The notes under the pieces are model-generated. The model was not told the DNA's origin. It was given only the letters and a program-made list of their open reading frames with translations, and searched no databases. Shown piece after piece: positions 41,412 to 51,297 of a stretch of DNA of 64,000 nt. The translations under genes and the position numbers were made by a program. The stretch spans positions 595,896 to 659,895 of the forward strand of contig OY764332.1 in assembly GCA_963668425.1 (NCBI GenBank). Direction: 5' to 3'. Within the stretch, counting starts at the first letter, position 1. Every line of letters begins with the position of its first letter. This DNA is from Minisyncoccota bacterium. Lineage in GTDB: Bacteria; Patescibacteriota; Minisyncoccia; Phycocordibacterales; JABAAK01.

Positions 41412-41642
41412 TTGCATACTATACATCCACGACATGGTAAAACACGTCGTGGATTTTTTATTTATATATCACTGATGTCATGGTTATGTATGGTCTATGC
41501 CATTTTTGGTTTGCTGCCATGAACTTGACAATATAGTAGATATAATATATAATATTTTTATAGGTAGTGAGGTCTGTAATGGTCTCCACGCTACATGCTC
41601 AATCCTTTAAAAACACCCATTATTACATACATACACCACATT

Positions 41643-41756
41643 ATGAAGTTATACCAAAAACTCATGGCAGCTGTTGTTGTTGCTACCCTAATGACTGTTA
41701 TTGCTGCTATTACCACTGCGTCAACTATTGTGTTTTATAGTGTTGCATACGCATAA
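41643..41756 (+). CDS. Possible 37-aa hydrophobic small peptide
   Basis: MKLYQKLMAAVVVATLMTVIAAITTASTIVFYSVAYA; no obvious SD; followed by strong terminator. Confidence 0.15.
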   Translation: MKLYQKLMAAVVVATLMTVIAAITTASTIVFYSVAYA

Positions 41757-41778
41757 AGACGTAGGTATTACAAAAAAT

Positions 41779-41815
41779 AAGACGACCGAGAAACATCTCG
41801 GTCGTCTTATTTTTA
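41779..41815. terminator. Bidirectional rho-independent terminator (13-bp perfect stem)
   Basis: AAGACGACCGAGA-aaca-TCTCGGTCGTCTT with T/A runs on both sides; lies between small ORF (+) and pilC (-). Confidence 0.7.
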
Positions 41816-41824
41816 TAGATGCCA

Positions 41825-43021
41825 TTATATTTGTGATGATATGGAATATATTGGAATAATAACTGAGCCAATTAATAGTCCGACCCCAACCCCCAAAAAC
41901 ACAATAATTGTTGGTTGAATTAAGTCAAATAGAGTGTCAATGGTATTACGAAGTTGTTTTTCATACAAATCAGCGATAGTTTCAAGCATGCGTTGCAGTT
42001 CTCCTGCCTCTTCACCTACTCGTATGATTTGTGCGATATTTTTGCCGATGTACTTTCTTCTGGATATTGTACTGGATAGTTTTATTCCTTGTTGTACTTC
42101 TATGCTCATGTCTCGTACCAACTTTTGGTACACTGTATTGACCATACCCCGACTTAGTATTTGGAGTGATGTGACAATTGGCACACCGCTTCCAAGCATG
42201 ACACTTAGGTTGCGAGTGAAGCGTACCAAGAAGAATTCCCGAAACATGTTCTTTAGCAGTGGCGTGTCCACAAGAAAATTATCAAATGCTTCTCGTCCAT
42301 CTTTAGTTTGTATATAGTAAAGCAGACCCACGATACTACCGATGAATGTGACAAGGATAATAATAATATTATTTTTTAGAAAATAACTAGTGGCAATCAC
42401 TATTTTAGTAATGAGTGGCAACTCAGCATTGGATTGCGTGAGAATTGTAGAAATTTGTGGAATAACTGTTGTCATGATTAGTCCCATTACCAAAAAAAAC
42501 ATTACTATAACAAACGTCGGATAGGTTAGTGCCTTACGCATTTTTGCAGACATGTCAGCACTACGTTCTACATGATCGGCAAGGTATGAAAATGATCGCG
42601 GAAGTGTCCCTGATTGTTCACCGATTGCAACAATGGATACAAAAAACTCACCGAATATGTTCTGGTGTTTCAATAACGCCTTCTCAACAGATAGCCCCTG
42701 CTCAATACTTTTTACAATGTCAATTAAAACACTTTGAAAGTACTTGTTTTGCATGTTTTCAGAAACCAAACTAAACGCTCGCAGAGCTGATATTTCCGCT
42801 GTGAAAAGAGTGGCAATTTGACGAGAGAAGATAACCAAATCTTTTTTGCGTACCTTTTGAAAAATATTTATATCTAATATGTCTTTTGACTCGTGTTCCA
42901 GCGAAAGTACCGTATATCCCCTGTCAAGCAATAACGTAATCGCATTGGTGCGACTTGTCGCTTCCAATTGCCCGGAAAACTCTTTTCCCTCTTTGTCTAT
43001 GACCGTGTATAAAAAAATCAT
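41825..43021 (-). CDS. pilC: Type IV pilus inner-membrane platform protein PilC (GspF family)
   Basis: 398 aa; two T2SSF domains, three TM segments. Confidence 0.85.
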   Translation of the reverse strand: MIFLYTVIDKEGKEFSGQLEATSRTNAITLLLDRGYTVLSLEHESKDILDINIFQKVRKKDLVIFSRQIATLFTAEISALRAFSLVSENMQNKYFQSVLIDIVKSIEQGLSVEKALLKHQNIFGEFFVSIVAIGEQSGTLPRSFSYLADHVERSADMSAKMRKALTYPTFVIVMFFLVMGLIMTTVIPQISTILTQSNAELPLITKIVIATSYFLKNNIIIILVTFIGSIVGLLYYIQTKDGREAFDNFLVDTPLLKNMFREFFLVRFTRNLSVMLGSGVPIVTSLQILSRGMVNTVYQKLVRDMSIEVQQGIKLSSTISRRKYIGKNIAQIIRVGEEAGELQRMLETIADLYEKQLRNTIDTLFDLIQPTIIVFLGVGVGLLIGSVIIPIYSISSQI

Positions 43022-43035
43022 ATAGTATTTCTTTC

Positions 43036-44139
43036 TTATAGATAACGAGCCAATGTCTGCTCGTTAGATGCATGCAGCGTTGCAACTTCAAGTGCCACCT
43101 CGTTTCGTTTTACTAGGTCAGCAAGATATCGTTCTAAGCTGATCATCCCTTCTTCCTTCCCCGTTTGAATGGTTGATTTAATGCTTTCTATCCTGCCCTC
43201 GCGGATGAGGTTGGCGACTGCGTCGTTGTTAATGAGTATCTCACATGCTGGTATCAATCCGCCGGATACTCGTGGTAGTAGTCGTATTGCACACACTCCT
43301 AGTAATGAGCCAGCCAACTGGTGTGCTATTTGTCTTTGCTGTTCAGGTGGAAATGAGTCAATAATACGATTTATCGCACCGTATGCAGAATTTGCATGCA
43401 CTGTTGAAAGTGCCAAATGTCCCACTTCTGCTGCTGTCATGACTGCCTTCATTGTTTCAATCTCACGCATTTCACCGATCATGAGAATGTCGGCATCTGT
43501 TCGTAGTGCGGTATCTAGTGCAGAGCGGAATGTGGGTGCGTCCCAAGGGATTTCTTGTTGTGTGATAGTTGACTTGCGTTTTTTGAAAACAAATTCAATA
43601 GGGTCTTCAATAGTGAGAATATGTTTTCGGACTGTATTGTTACAGTGGGCAAGCATTGCTGCGAGTGCGGTTGATTTTCCGTTGCCGGTTGCGCCGACAA
43701 TTAGAAATAACCCATTCGGTTCATGCATGACTTCTTTCAGCATTGATGGCAGGTTTAACTCTTCCAGTGTACGTTCATTTTCTTGTATCAGTCGCATAGC
43801 GATGGCAATATTTCCCATCTCAAGGTATGCAGTAACCCGTAAGTTCACCCGTTTTTCGGCTTTGGTCGTGTGTGTGTACCTGAACATCAGGTTTTTCTGC
43901 TTTTTTAATACTTCTTCAGCATTCTCCACATGAGATTCTGTAATAATGCGAAAGAACTCTCTTGTGTCTGCTTCAGTGATAACTTCTTTTTGAATGAACG
44001 GTGTTAATTCCCGCTGTACTCTAAATAGTGGTTTTGTGCCGGCAATGATATGAATGTCAGAGCCACCGCGTACCATTAAGGTGTCAATAAAATCTTGCAA
44101 TTCTTTAGAATACTCCATCACTCTTAGTATGGCATACAC
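43036..44139 (-). CDS. pilT: Twitching-motility/retraction ATPase PilT
   Basis: 367 aa; Walker A 'GATGNGKSTALAAM', Asp box, His box 'ALSTVHANSA', C-terminal AIRLLPRV…. Confidence 0.8.
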   Translation of the reverse strand: MYAILRVMEYSKELQDFIDTLMVRGGSDIHIIAGTKPLFRVQRELTPFIQKEVITEADTREFFRIITESHVENAEEVLKKQKNLMFRYTHTTKAEKRVNLRVTAYLEMGNIAIAMRLIQENERTLEELNLPSMLKEVMHEPNGLFLIVGATGNGKSTALAAMLAHCNNTVRKHILTIEDPIEFVFKKRKSTITQQEIPWDAPTFRSALDTALRTDADILMIGEMREIETMKAVMTAAEVGHLALSTVHANSAYGAINRIIDSFPPEQQRQIAHQLAGSLLGVCAIRLLPRVSGGLIPACEILINNDAVANLIREGRIESIKSTIQTGKEEGMISLERYLADLVKRNEVALEVATLHASNEQTLARYL

Positions 44140-44171
44140 TTCACATCTTTGAATGTGCTATTAACATAACA

Positions 44172-45392
44172 CTATGTTTTTTTTGCTATTGGTAATTGTC
44201 TTTTTATGCATCGTACCAGTGCTCTCGTTGCTTGCTTTGTTGTTGTAGGCAAGACACCAATTCGTAGAAATCCATCTGCTGGTTCGTTGCATGCGCTTCC
44301 TGTTGAGACGGCAAATCCTTTCGTGTCCAGCAGTGTGGCAAGGTACAGATGATTGGTGTTAGGGAAAGAAGTGTACAGTAAGTGCGGCGCAATTTTTTTC
44401 CAGTCGGCAGATTTTACTTCTTTTACGTTTTTTTCAATGCCGTGTATGTGTGTATCAGGTAGATATTGTTTCAATCCCATTATGACATTGTTACGCGCAT
44501 TTTGCGCATGTGTATATAACCGCTTTCTATTTTTATGGGTCTCATGAAGGGCGGTTGCAAATCCATAGAGTAGTGCAACTGAAGGGGTTCCTGGGCGTAT
44601 GTCCCATGCACTATGTTCACCTTGCAATCCTGTATAGAGATGCGCTTTTTGGAAAAGCAGTGCACCCACACCTTGCGGACCGAAACTTTTTGTACTATCT
44701 ATAGTAACCGCATTAACGCCTAATGAGACCGGTGAGCAGTTGAAGTAGGCAGTTGCTTGTGCCGCATCTGTATGGATAAAAAGAGAAGGGTTCTTTTCTC
44801 TGCATGTACGGGCAATCTCTGTAATTGGTTGCACGATACCGTGTTGACTATTTACTAGTTGCAATGAAATCGCGATAGTGTTTTTGCGAATATGTTTCGC
44901 AATGTCTGTTGGTAAAAATTGTCGACCATCTTTTGGTGTTGCAACGGTGCACTGTATGCCGAATGTTTGAAAATATTCAATATGCTTGTACATTGACGCA
45001 TGCTCTTCGTTGCCGACAATAATATGCATGTCGGCAACATCACTGCCGTGTCTTTTAGCATGTAGTACAGCTGTACGAATGGCAATCAGATTTGCTTCGG
45101 TTGCACCAGAAGTGAACACGACATTACTTGTTTTTATTTGGTATTTTCGCGCCAACATTGTCTGTGCTTGCTCAAAATATTCCTTTGCGTTTCGACCTGG
45201 TCTGTGTGTTGCAATTGGATTGCCCATTCCACATTTTGTTTGCACCTGCAGGACACACTGCATGGCATTAGCGGCTTTCCGATGTATTGGGGTGAATGAT
45301 CCAGAGTCAAAGTAGTGTCGTTTTTTAAGCACAAGAGCCATTGTGTCATTAGCATACCACAATTCCGCGTGGTAGGTTTGCCCTCTCCACAT
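44172..45392 (-). CDS. Cysteine desulfurase-like class V aminotransferase (IscS/NifS family)
   Basis: 406 aa; 'VVFTSGATEANLIAI', PLP-lysine region 'DSTKSFGPQGVGALL', active-site 'STGSACNE'. Confidence 0.65.
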   Translation of the reverse strand: MWRGQTYHAELWYANDTMALVLKKRHYFDSGSFTPIHRKAANAMQCVLQVQTKCGMGNPIATHRPGRNAKEYFEQAQTMLARKYQIKTSNVVFTSGATEANLIAIRTAVLHAKRHGSDVADMHIIVGNEEHASMYKHIEYFQTFGIQCTVATPKDGRQFLPTDIAKHIRKNTIAISLQLVNSQHGIVQPITEIARTCREKNPSLFIHTDAAQATAYFNCSPVSLGVNAVTIDSTKSFGPQGVGALLFQKAHLYTGLQGEHSAWDIRPGTPSVALLYGFATALHETHKNRKRLYTHAQNARNNVIMGLKQYLPDTHIHGIEKNVKEVKSADWKKIAPHLLYTSFPNTNHLYLATLLDTKGFAVSTGSACNEPADGFLRIGVLPTTTKQATRALVRCIKRQLPIAKKT

Positions 45393-45424
45393 GCGTTAGC
45401 ACTTGTTGCACAGATAATAATGTC

Positions 45425-45637
45425 TTACTTGCGATTTAACATGCTGATTAGCACTATAAGTGTGGCAACACCAACTATGAGGTATAGCACGCTACTCACG
45501 ATTGGTGCGTTTAATAGATTGTATCCGATGTACTCAACAAGATCAAAATGACCACCTAGTATGTTGGTAATACCGACCAATCCCCAGTTTAGGCCACCGA
45601 TGATGACTAATGCTTTTGCAATTTTATAATATATCAT
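45425..45637 (-). CDS. DUF378-family small membrane protein
   Basis: 70 aa; 'ALVIIGGLNWGLVG' signature. Confidence 0.5.
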   Translation of the reverse strand: MIYYKIAKALVIIGGLNWGLVGITNILGGHFDLVEYIGYNLLNAPIVSSVLYLIVGVATLIVLISMLNRK

Positions 45638-45757
45638 ATTGAAAAAAGAACGTATATTTGTTAATGTGTACAGAGATGTATTCTATACAGCCCCAGTGTG
45701 CCACAGTATTAGATGTTTTAATTGATATGCTTGTATTACCGTGTGTTGTCCATGGTA

Positions 45758-46723
45758 CTATAGCGTCTCTTCGTTGTGAAATGATTCTCGTAACATCTTC
45801 TCTGCCGCTTCTGTTTCGGATAACTTTTTTGCTTTTTCTTTTTTCTGAGGGAATTGTTGATGCCATAGGAGAAGCAGTGACGGCGCAAAGAAAAGTGATG
45901 AGTATGTTCCTGCGATGATGCCGGCAAATAACGCGACACTGAACCACTGTGTTGCTGCTACGAATATGAATAGGAGTATTAGTGGTGTTACTGTGGAAAC
46001 CGAGGTGTATATTGATCTGCGTAAACTACTTCGTACTCCATAGTCAACAGTATCGGCAAACGGCTCTTTTTTGTTTTTTTCTCGATTTATGCGTAGTCGG
46101 TCGCGCATACGGTCAAATATCACAATGGTGTCATTAATTGAATAACCCAGTGTTGCCAGTAGTGCAGTTACAAATAATGTGTCAATTGTCGCGGTGGTGA
46201 ATGGCGCAATGATTGCGAACAGTCCAAGTGGAATGATGGTGTCATGTAGCAGGGCAAGTGTTGCCGTGATGCCATATTTCCATGATGCGACTGGATGTGA
46301 TGATTTTTTGAATACGAGTGATATGTATATAATAATGATGATGATCGCGGCAAGTAGTGCCATCACCGCTTTATACAGTAGTTCCCTGCTGATAGATGGT
46401 GAGAACGATTGGTACTCTTTTACTTCGAATACGCCTATGTTCTCGGTAATGTGCGTTTGTAAGGAATTGTATTCTTGGGCACTTAATGATCGTGTGGTAA
46501 ACGTGTATTCTGTTGCGGATGTTTGATGTGTCATGACTTCATATCCGATGTCATTGAAACGTGTTGTGACATCTTGTTGTGCTTCGGTGAAAACCACCTG
46601 CAGTTTGGCACTGCCGCTGAATTCTGGAGCGATGTTCGGTTTGATGACGATAGTACAGATAATAGATACTATGATTAGTCCAATGCCGATTGATGCGTGT
46701 ATTTTTGCGTGTTTGCTTGCCAT
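45758..46723 (-). CDS. secF: Protein translocase subunit SecF
   Basis: 321 aa; SecF topology and conserved TM region; follows secD. Confidence 0.85.
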   Translation of the reverse strand: MASKHAKIHASIGIGLIIVSIICTIVIKPNIAPEFSGSAKLQVVFTEAQQDVTTRFNDIGYEVMTHQTSATEYTFTTRSLSAQEYNSLQTHITENIGVFEVKEYQSFSPSISRELLYKAVMALLAAIIIIIIYISLVFKKSSHPVASWKYGITATLALLHDTIIPLGLFAIIAPFTTATIDTLFVTALLATLGYSINDTIVIFDRMRDRLRINREKNKKEPFADTVDYGVRSSLRRSIYTSVSTVTPLILLFIFVAATQWFSVALFAGIIAGTYSSLFFAPSLLLLWHQQFPQKKEKAKKLSETEAAEKMLRESFHNEETL

Positions 46724-46737
46724 ATGACTATATTACT

Positions 46738-48021
46738 TTAGTTTATATACCATTTTTCCAGGTGTTTTTTGAAAACGCCGGACGTTGTCCACAGGAAGAG
46801 CCGTGTTAACACATATGCAGAGAGCATGCTTACAAGCACGCCGATAATAAATGCAAATGCAAACCCTTTGATTATAGAGGTGCCGAACCAAAAGAGCAAA
46901 AAGGCGATGATCATGCTGGTTAGATTGGCATCTCGGATTGCCACCCATGCACGTGCACAGCCATTTTTTATTGCCTTTGTGCGTGATTCTCCCCGTTTGA
47001 CTTCTTCTCGCATCCGTTCAAAAATGAGAACATTTGCGTCAACTGCAAATCCGATAGACATAATAAAGCCGGATAAACCTGCTGCTGTCAGCACAATCGG
47101 TACCCCTTTAAATATTGCCAACACAATCACGCAGTATACCGTTAGTGCTACTATTGCGACTATGCCGACAAAGCGGTACACCGCTAAGAAGAGAAACGCA
47201 ATGATGATGAGTGCAATTAGTCCAGCAAACACACTTTTTTCTGACACTTCTGCGCCCAAGGAGGGGTTTACTGTTAACGTCTCGGATAGTTCAATTGGTA
47301 CCGGTAACGCACCGAGATTTAGTCCGTTTACTAACTCTTTTGCTGATTCTAGGGTAAAGTTTCCCTGTATTTGTGTGGTGCCGCCGGTGATTGGCTCGGA
47401 AATGGTAGGAGATGAGATGACATTGCCGTCAAGGAAAATCATCAATCGTCTTCCAGTGTTCTCTCGTGTTATATCAGCAAACATTTTCCCGCCTTCGCGG
47501 TTAAAGTGGATTACTACTACTGGTTCGTTGGTCAGTGTACCACCGATACCCGGTAGAAATTGTACCTCCGCGGATGTAATGTGTGTTCCCTGCAGATTGG
47601 TATCTTGTATCTCTACTGGTTCGTCAGTCAGTATTTTGAATTCAAGATATGGTGTTTCTCCTATTGCCTTAGTTGCTTCGTTCGTGTTTGTTACTCCGGG
47701 TAATTCAACAACTAGACGGTGTGCGGCAGGATTGCCGCCAATTGCCAGTCCAGTAACAGTATAGACATTTGGCTCTGATACCCCAAGTGCATTTACCCGT
47801 TGTTCAATCACCCGCTGTAGTGCAGTCATTCGTCCTGAAATCTCTTCTGGAGGTACTTCCGATACGTCGGCAGTGTAGGTTACTTGTGTACCACCTGCGA
47901 GATCTAGTCCGAAAGAGAACGGAAATTGCTCTATGTCATACACGTATAAAACCGCCAATGCAGCGGTAAGCGCGATAATGAGAGAGCTGAGTATCCATGG
48001 TGAGACGCCTTTTTTCCTCAT
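46738..48021 (-). CDS. secD: Protein translocase subunit SecD
   Basis: 427 aa; N-terminal TM, periplasmic domain, C-terminal 6-TM SecD_SecF region. Confidence 0.85.
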   Translation of the reverse strand: MRKKGVSPWILSSLIIALTAALAVLYVYDIEQFPFSFGLDLAGGTQVTYTADVSEVPPEEISGRMTALQRVIEQRVNALGVSEPNVYTVTGLAIGGNPAAHRLVVELPGVTNTNEATKAIGETPYLEFKILTDEPVEIQDTNLQGTHITSAEVQFLPGIGGTLTNEPVVVIHFNREGGKMFADITRENTGRRLMIFLDGNVISSPTISEPITGGTTQIQGNFTLESAKELVNGLNLGALPVPIELSETLTVNPSLGAEVSEKSVFAGLIALIIIAFLFLAVYRFVGIVAIVALTVYCVIVLAIFKGVPIVLTAAGLSGFIMSIGFAVDANVLIFERMREEVKRGESRTKAIKNGCARAWVAIRDANLTSMIIAFLLFWFGTSIIKGFAFAFIIGVLVSMLSAYVLTRLFLWTTSGVFKKHLEKWYIN

Positions 48022-48059
48022 AGTACCCTTTTACTATACCATAGTAAGGTATGTGCATT

Positions 48060-49187
48060 TTATTTGTGATACGGATGTTTAGTGTTTGCTGTGTTGACGG
48101 AGGTTTGTAGTCGTGCCATGCCGAGCACCATAGCAACTGCTAATACCTCCGCAATGAGGTGCGAACCACCGTAACTCATGAATGGTAATGTTATGCCGGT
48201 AACTGGGAGTATCCCCGTGTTGACTCCAATGTGTAGCACTATGTGTGAAAAAATGAAGATGAACACGCCGATGGCAAACAAGGTTTCAAAGTTTGTTCGT
48301 CCGCGCGTTGCATGATACAGTAGACGCCAGCCGATTATTATGTACAGCATGAGGAGCACTATTGTGCCAATGAATCCCCACTCTTCGGCAAATGCAGAGT
48401 ATACGAAATCAGATTCATAGAGTGGTAGAAATCCAAGTTTAGATTGTGTTCCTGCGCCAATACCCTTTCCGAACATCCCGCCTGAACCAATTGCTATTTT
48501 TGATTGGTATGCGGTATAGCCAGATGATTGTAGATTTTCCAATGGCGCGACGAATGACAGTACTCGCTCTCGTTGATATTGTGGCATAAATTGCCATGCA
48601 ATCAACGATCCGGCAATAGCGCATACGAGTAGCGCAACGATGTGCTTTTTAGAAACACCAGATATACCTATCATGCCTGCCCAAATTGCGAGCAAGATTA
48701 CTGATGAACCGAGATCTGGCTGCTTGAATACCAGTAAAAATACTATGCCAGCTAAACTGAGCGAGATAAGTACATGGCGAATGTGGTGAATGTGGATATG
48801 TCTACTTGTGAAATAACGCGCCAATATAATGATTAAAATAATCTTTACAAATTCTACTGGCTGCAGTGCTATTGGACCGAATGTAAACCAGCTTTTTGCG
48901 CCGTTAATTTCTTGTCCAAATAGGAGTAGTGCTCCTAATATGCCCACACCGCCCAGGAAGAGAATAGAAGAAACGAAAGGTCCTTTGAGTGCCGTGTAAG
49001 TACTCATTGAAAGAAAAAGTAGTATGCTTGTACTGATACCCGTAAAGATTAGCTGTTTAAAAAAAAGGGAGTCGGTAGAGAAGCCCTCCATAGGGAAATT
49101 TGTTATTAAACCAATTCCCATTACAAGGAGGATTGGTATGATGAGTAACCAGTCAACTGTTTGAAAATGCTTCAGTAGTGTGTTCAT
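48060..49187 (-). CDS. ftsW: SEDS-family peptidoglycan glycosyltransferase FtsW/RodA
   Basis: 375 aa; about 10 TM, conserved 'PDLGS', 'SGGMFGKGIG…' regions. Confidence 0.8.
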   Translation of the reverse strand: MNTLLKHFQTVDWLLIIPILLVMGIGLITNFPMEGFSTDSLFFKQLIFTGISTSILLFLSMSTYTALKGPFVSSILFLGGVGILGALLLFGQEINGAKSWFTFGPIALQPVEFVKIILIIILARYFTSRHIHIHHIRHVLISLSLAGIVFLLVFKQPDLGSSVILLAIWAGMIGISGVSKKHIVALLVCAIAGSLIAWQFMPQYQRERVLSFVAPLENLQSSGYTAYQSKIAIGSGGMFGKGIGAGTQSKLGFLPLYESDFVYSAFAEEWGFIGTIVLLMLYIIIGWRLLYHATRGRTNFETLFAIGVFIFIFSHIVLHIGVNTGILPVTGITLPFMSYGGSHLIAEVLAVAMVLGMARLQTSVNTANTKHPYHK

Positions 49188-49193
49188 ACTGCC

Positions 49194-49991
49194 TTACCAT
49201 ATGCGGATTATTGGAATGATGTCAACTCGCTCCACTTGTTTCTCGCACTGTCCACCTGGGCATTGCCCTTTTCGTAGTGTCAACGGGTTTATCCATGAGA
49301 ATTGGATTATTCGTTCTTCTTTCGGCTGTATATCTTTTTCAAATGTTCTAGACGCGGCAACGGCGATTCCACTTTCGTCGTAGAGAATGATAATAAAGTC
49401 AACTTCTTTCGTTACTTTTTCTCCTGTGTTGACTGCCGTTGCACGCACGTATGGCGTTGTGTTTCTTTCAATGTCTTTATATATATCTTTGATTTCAAAA
49501 CCGTATGGATATGGCTGTTCTTTAAATATTGGTTCTCTCACAAAGCGAAATGAAGTAGATGCCACTTCTTGCTGATCAACCACAATATGTGGGATAAATA
49601 TCGGTGTTATGCCATTGGGCATAATGGATGTTATTTGCGATACTCGCCCTATTAACGTGCCGAATGTATCGTATAGCTCAATTTCAAATTGTACCTCAGG
49701 TACATAGAGGGTTTCATTTTGATTTTCAATATAAGCAATTGCCGCGTATACTCCATCTGCAATCGGAAATGCTCGTCGCCATAGGTCACGTAACTGTGTT
49801 GGTGGGTCAGTACAAAAAGTTGTACAAGAGCCACCGCAGTCAACTCCCTCTTCAAGCCCATTTTGAATACCATCGTCACAAGATGGTGGGTTGTAGAAGA
49901 TAGAAAACAGAATGGCGCTAATACTGAATACTCCAATAACTGCTATTGTTAGGATAATATACAGTTTTCTTTGCTGAGACCATGCTGACAT
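49194..49991 (-). CDS. Hypothetical membrane-anchored protein (Cys-rich segment)
   Basis: Start moved to internal ATG to avoid 65-nt overlap with upstream gene; one TM; 'CDDGIQNGLEEGVDCGGSCTTFC'. Confidence 0.3.
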   Translation of the reverse strand: MSAWSQQRKLYIILTIAVIGVFSISAILFSIFYNPPSCDDGIQNGLEEGVDCGGSCTTFCTDPPTQLRDLWRRAFPIADGVYAAIAYIENQNETLYVPEVQFEIELYDTFGTLIGRVSQITSIMPNGITPIFIPHIVVDQQEVASTSFRFVREPIFKEQPYPYGFEIKDIYKDIERNTTPYVRATAVNTGEKVTKEVDFIIILYDESGIAVAASRTFEKDIQPKEERIIQFSWINPLTLRKGQCPGGQCEKQVERVDIIPIIRIW

Positions 49992-50025
49992 ACAACAGTA
50001 GTATACACCGTACGTGAAAATATAC

Positions 50026-51144
50026 TTATTTGTGTTTGATGCTGTTTTGTATATCCTGAATGAATTGGTTAAGTATTTTTTTGGTAGCATGCTGCATCAC
50101 TACAATGTGAGATGTATCTTTCTGTGATGCAAGTTGCCACTTTTTTCTAATTTCTGCAGGCGGTTTATCAAAAAGCACTATGTTGGAAAAATCATTTAAG
50201 TATGCAGAATACCCAATCTCTTTCAGGCGGTTGTATAGGTATCGTGCATTTGCAATGCACGTGTTCGCCTCTTTTTTGAAACCGTTGTAACCTCGTTCTT
50301 CAATGGCATACCAGAGCATCATTGGACTAAATGCGTTTCTGGAACCAGATATGGTAGTGTCCATGGTTTCAATATACTCAATTGGGCGAGTAACTTTCTT
50401 AACGTACTCTTTTTTAGTCAATGATACACCGCATGGTATTGGTGATCCGATAAATTTGTGTCCGGAAATGGCGACACTGTCAATTGGTTTAGTAAAATCA
50501 ATAACTGGTGCGCCTTCTAAGAACGGGAGTAGCATACCGTAGAGTGCCGCATCGCAGTGGATATAGTAGTTTTGTATACCGTGTTTGCGTAGCACATCAA
50601 TCACCCCATCAACAGGATCCACAGCTCCTTTCATGGTGGTGCCTATATTCAGATTGAATATAGGCGTACGATCCTGTCTTTCGTGTAGGAGGTTTTCAAG
50701 ATGTTGCAAATCCATACTTCCCGTGGCGGTAGAGCGAATCATGGCTGACTGCATGTTTAACACTCGTATGATTTTGGTAATGGAATAGTGTGAATCAGCA
50801 GAGAAGTATAGTGTGCTGTTTGGGTGTAATTCACGTGCGAGAAAAAGTCCGTGCATATTTCCTTCAGTTCCACCGTTTGTGATATAACCCCAAAAGTTAC
50901 TTTCAGAGATCTTGTACAGTCGGGCAAAAAATGCTAACACTTCTTGTTCAAACTCTCGAGTGCCGAGCAGGTAGCTGGAATCATCATAGGGATCTCCTAG
51001 ATTGTTGATTGGGTATCGCAGGAAATCAAATAGCGGTGAGTAGTCAAATTTTGCATTAGAAGGATACCCTAAAAATGATTGCGCCAGATGTTTCATTTCC
51101 CTCTTTTTGTCTTTCAACCGTTTTGTTGTTGACTTTTTACTCAT
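50026..51144 (-). CDS. hdc: Pyridoxal-dependent histidine decarboxylase-like (group II decarboxylase)
   Basis: about 373 aa from internal ATG; 'GYITNGGTEGNMHG', 'NIGTTMKGAVD', 'SGHKFIGSPIPCGV' align closely with Gram-negative PLP-HDC. Confidence 0.7.
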   Translation of the reverse strand: MSKKSTTKRLKDKKREMKHLAQSFLGYPSNAKFDYSPLFDFLRYPINNLGDPYDDSSYLLGTREFEQEVLAFFARLYKISESNFWGYITNGGTEGNMHGLFLARELHPNSTLYFSADSHYSITKIIRVLNMQSAMIRSTATGSMDLQHLENLLHERQDRTPIFNLNIGTTMKGAVDPVDGVIDVLRKHGIQNYYIHCDAALYGMLLPFLEGAPVIDFTKPIDSVAISGHKFIGSPIPCGVSLTKKEYVKKVTRPIEYIETMDTTISGSRNAFSPMMLWYAIEERGYNGFKKEANTCIANARYLYNRLKEIGYSAYLNDFSNIVLFDKPPAEIRKKWQLASQKDTSHIVVMQHATKKILNQFIQDIQNSIKHK

Positions 51145-51297
51145 GGCGTGACAAATGTGTTGTTGGCAAAGAAACAACAAAAGAAATCATAGTAGTATAC
51201 CAGCATCCTTGTTTTTCAGCATGTTGGTTATCAACAGGTGTTTAGCGGTATTGTCTCTTGCATACGTGCATGATGTATATAGAGCTTATATATATTT

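Noticed and set aside
41643-41756. 37-aa hydrophobic peptide ORF before the bidirectional terminator
   Set aside because: There is no recognisable RBS. It could be chance in an AT-rich intergenic region. It is kept as a low-confidence feature only.
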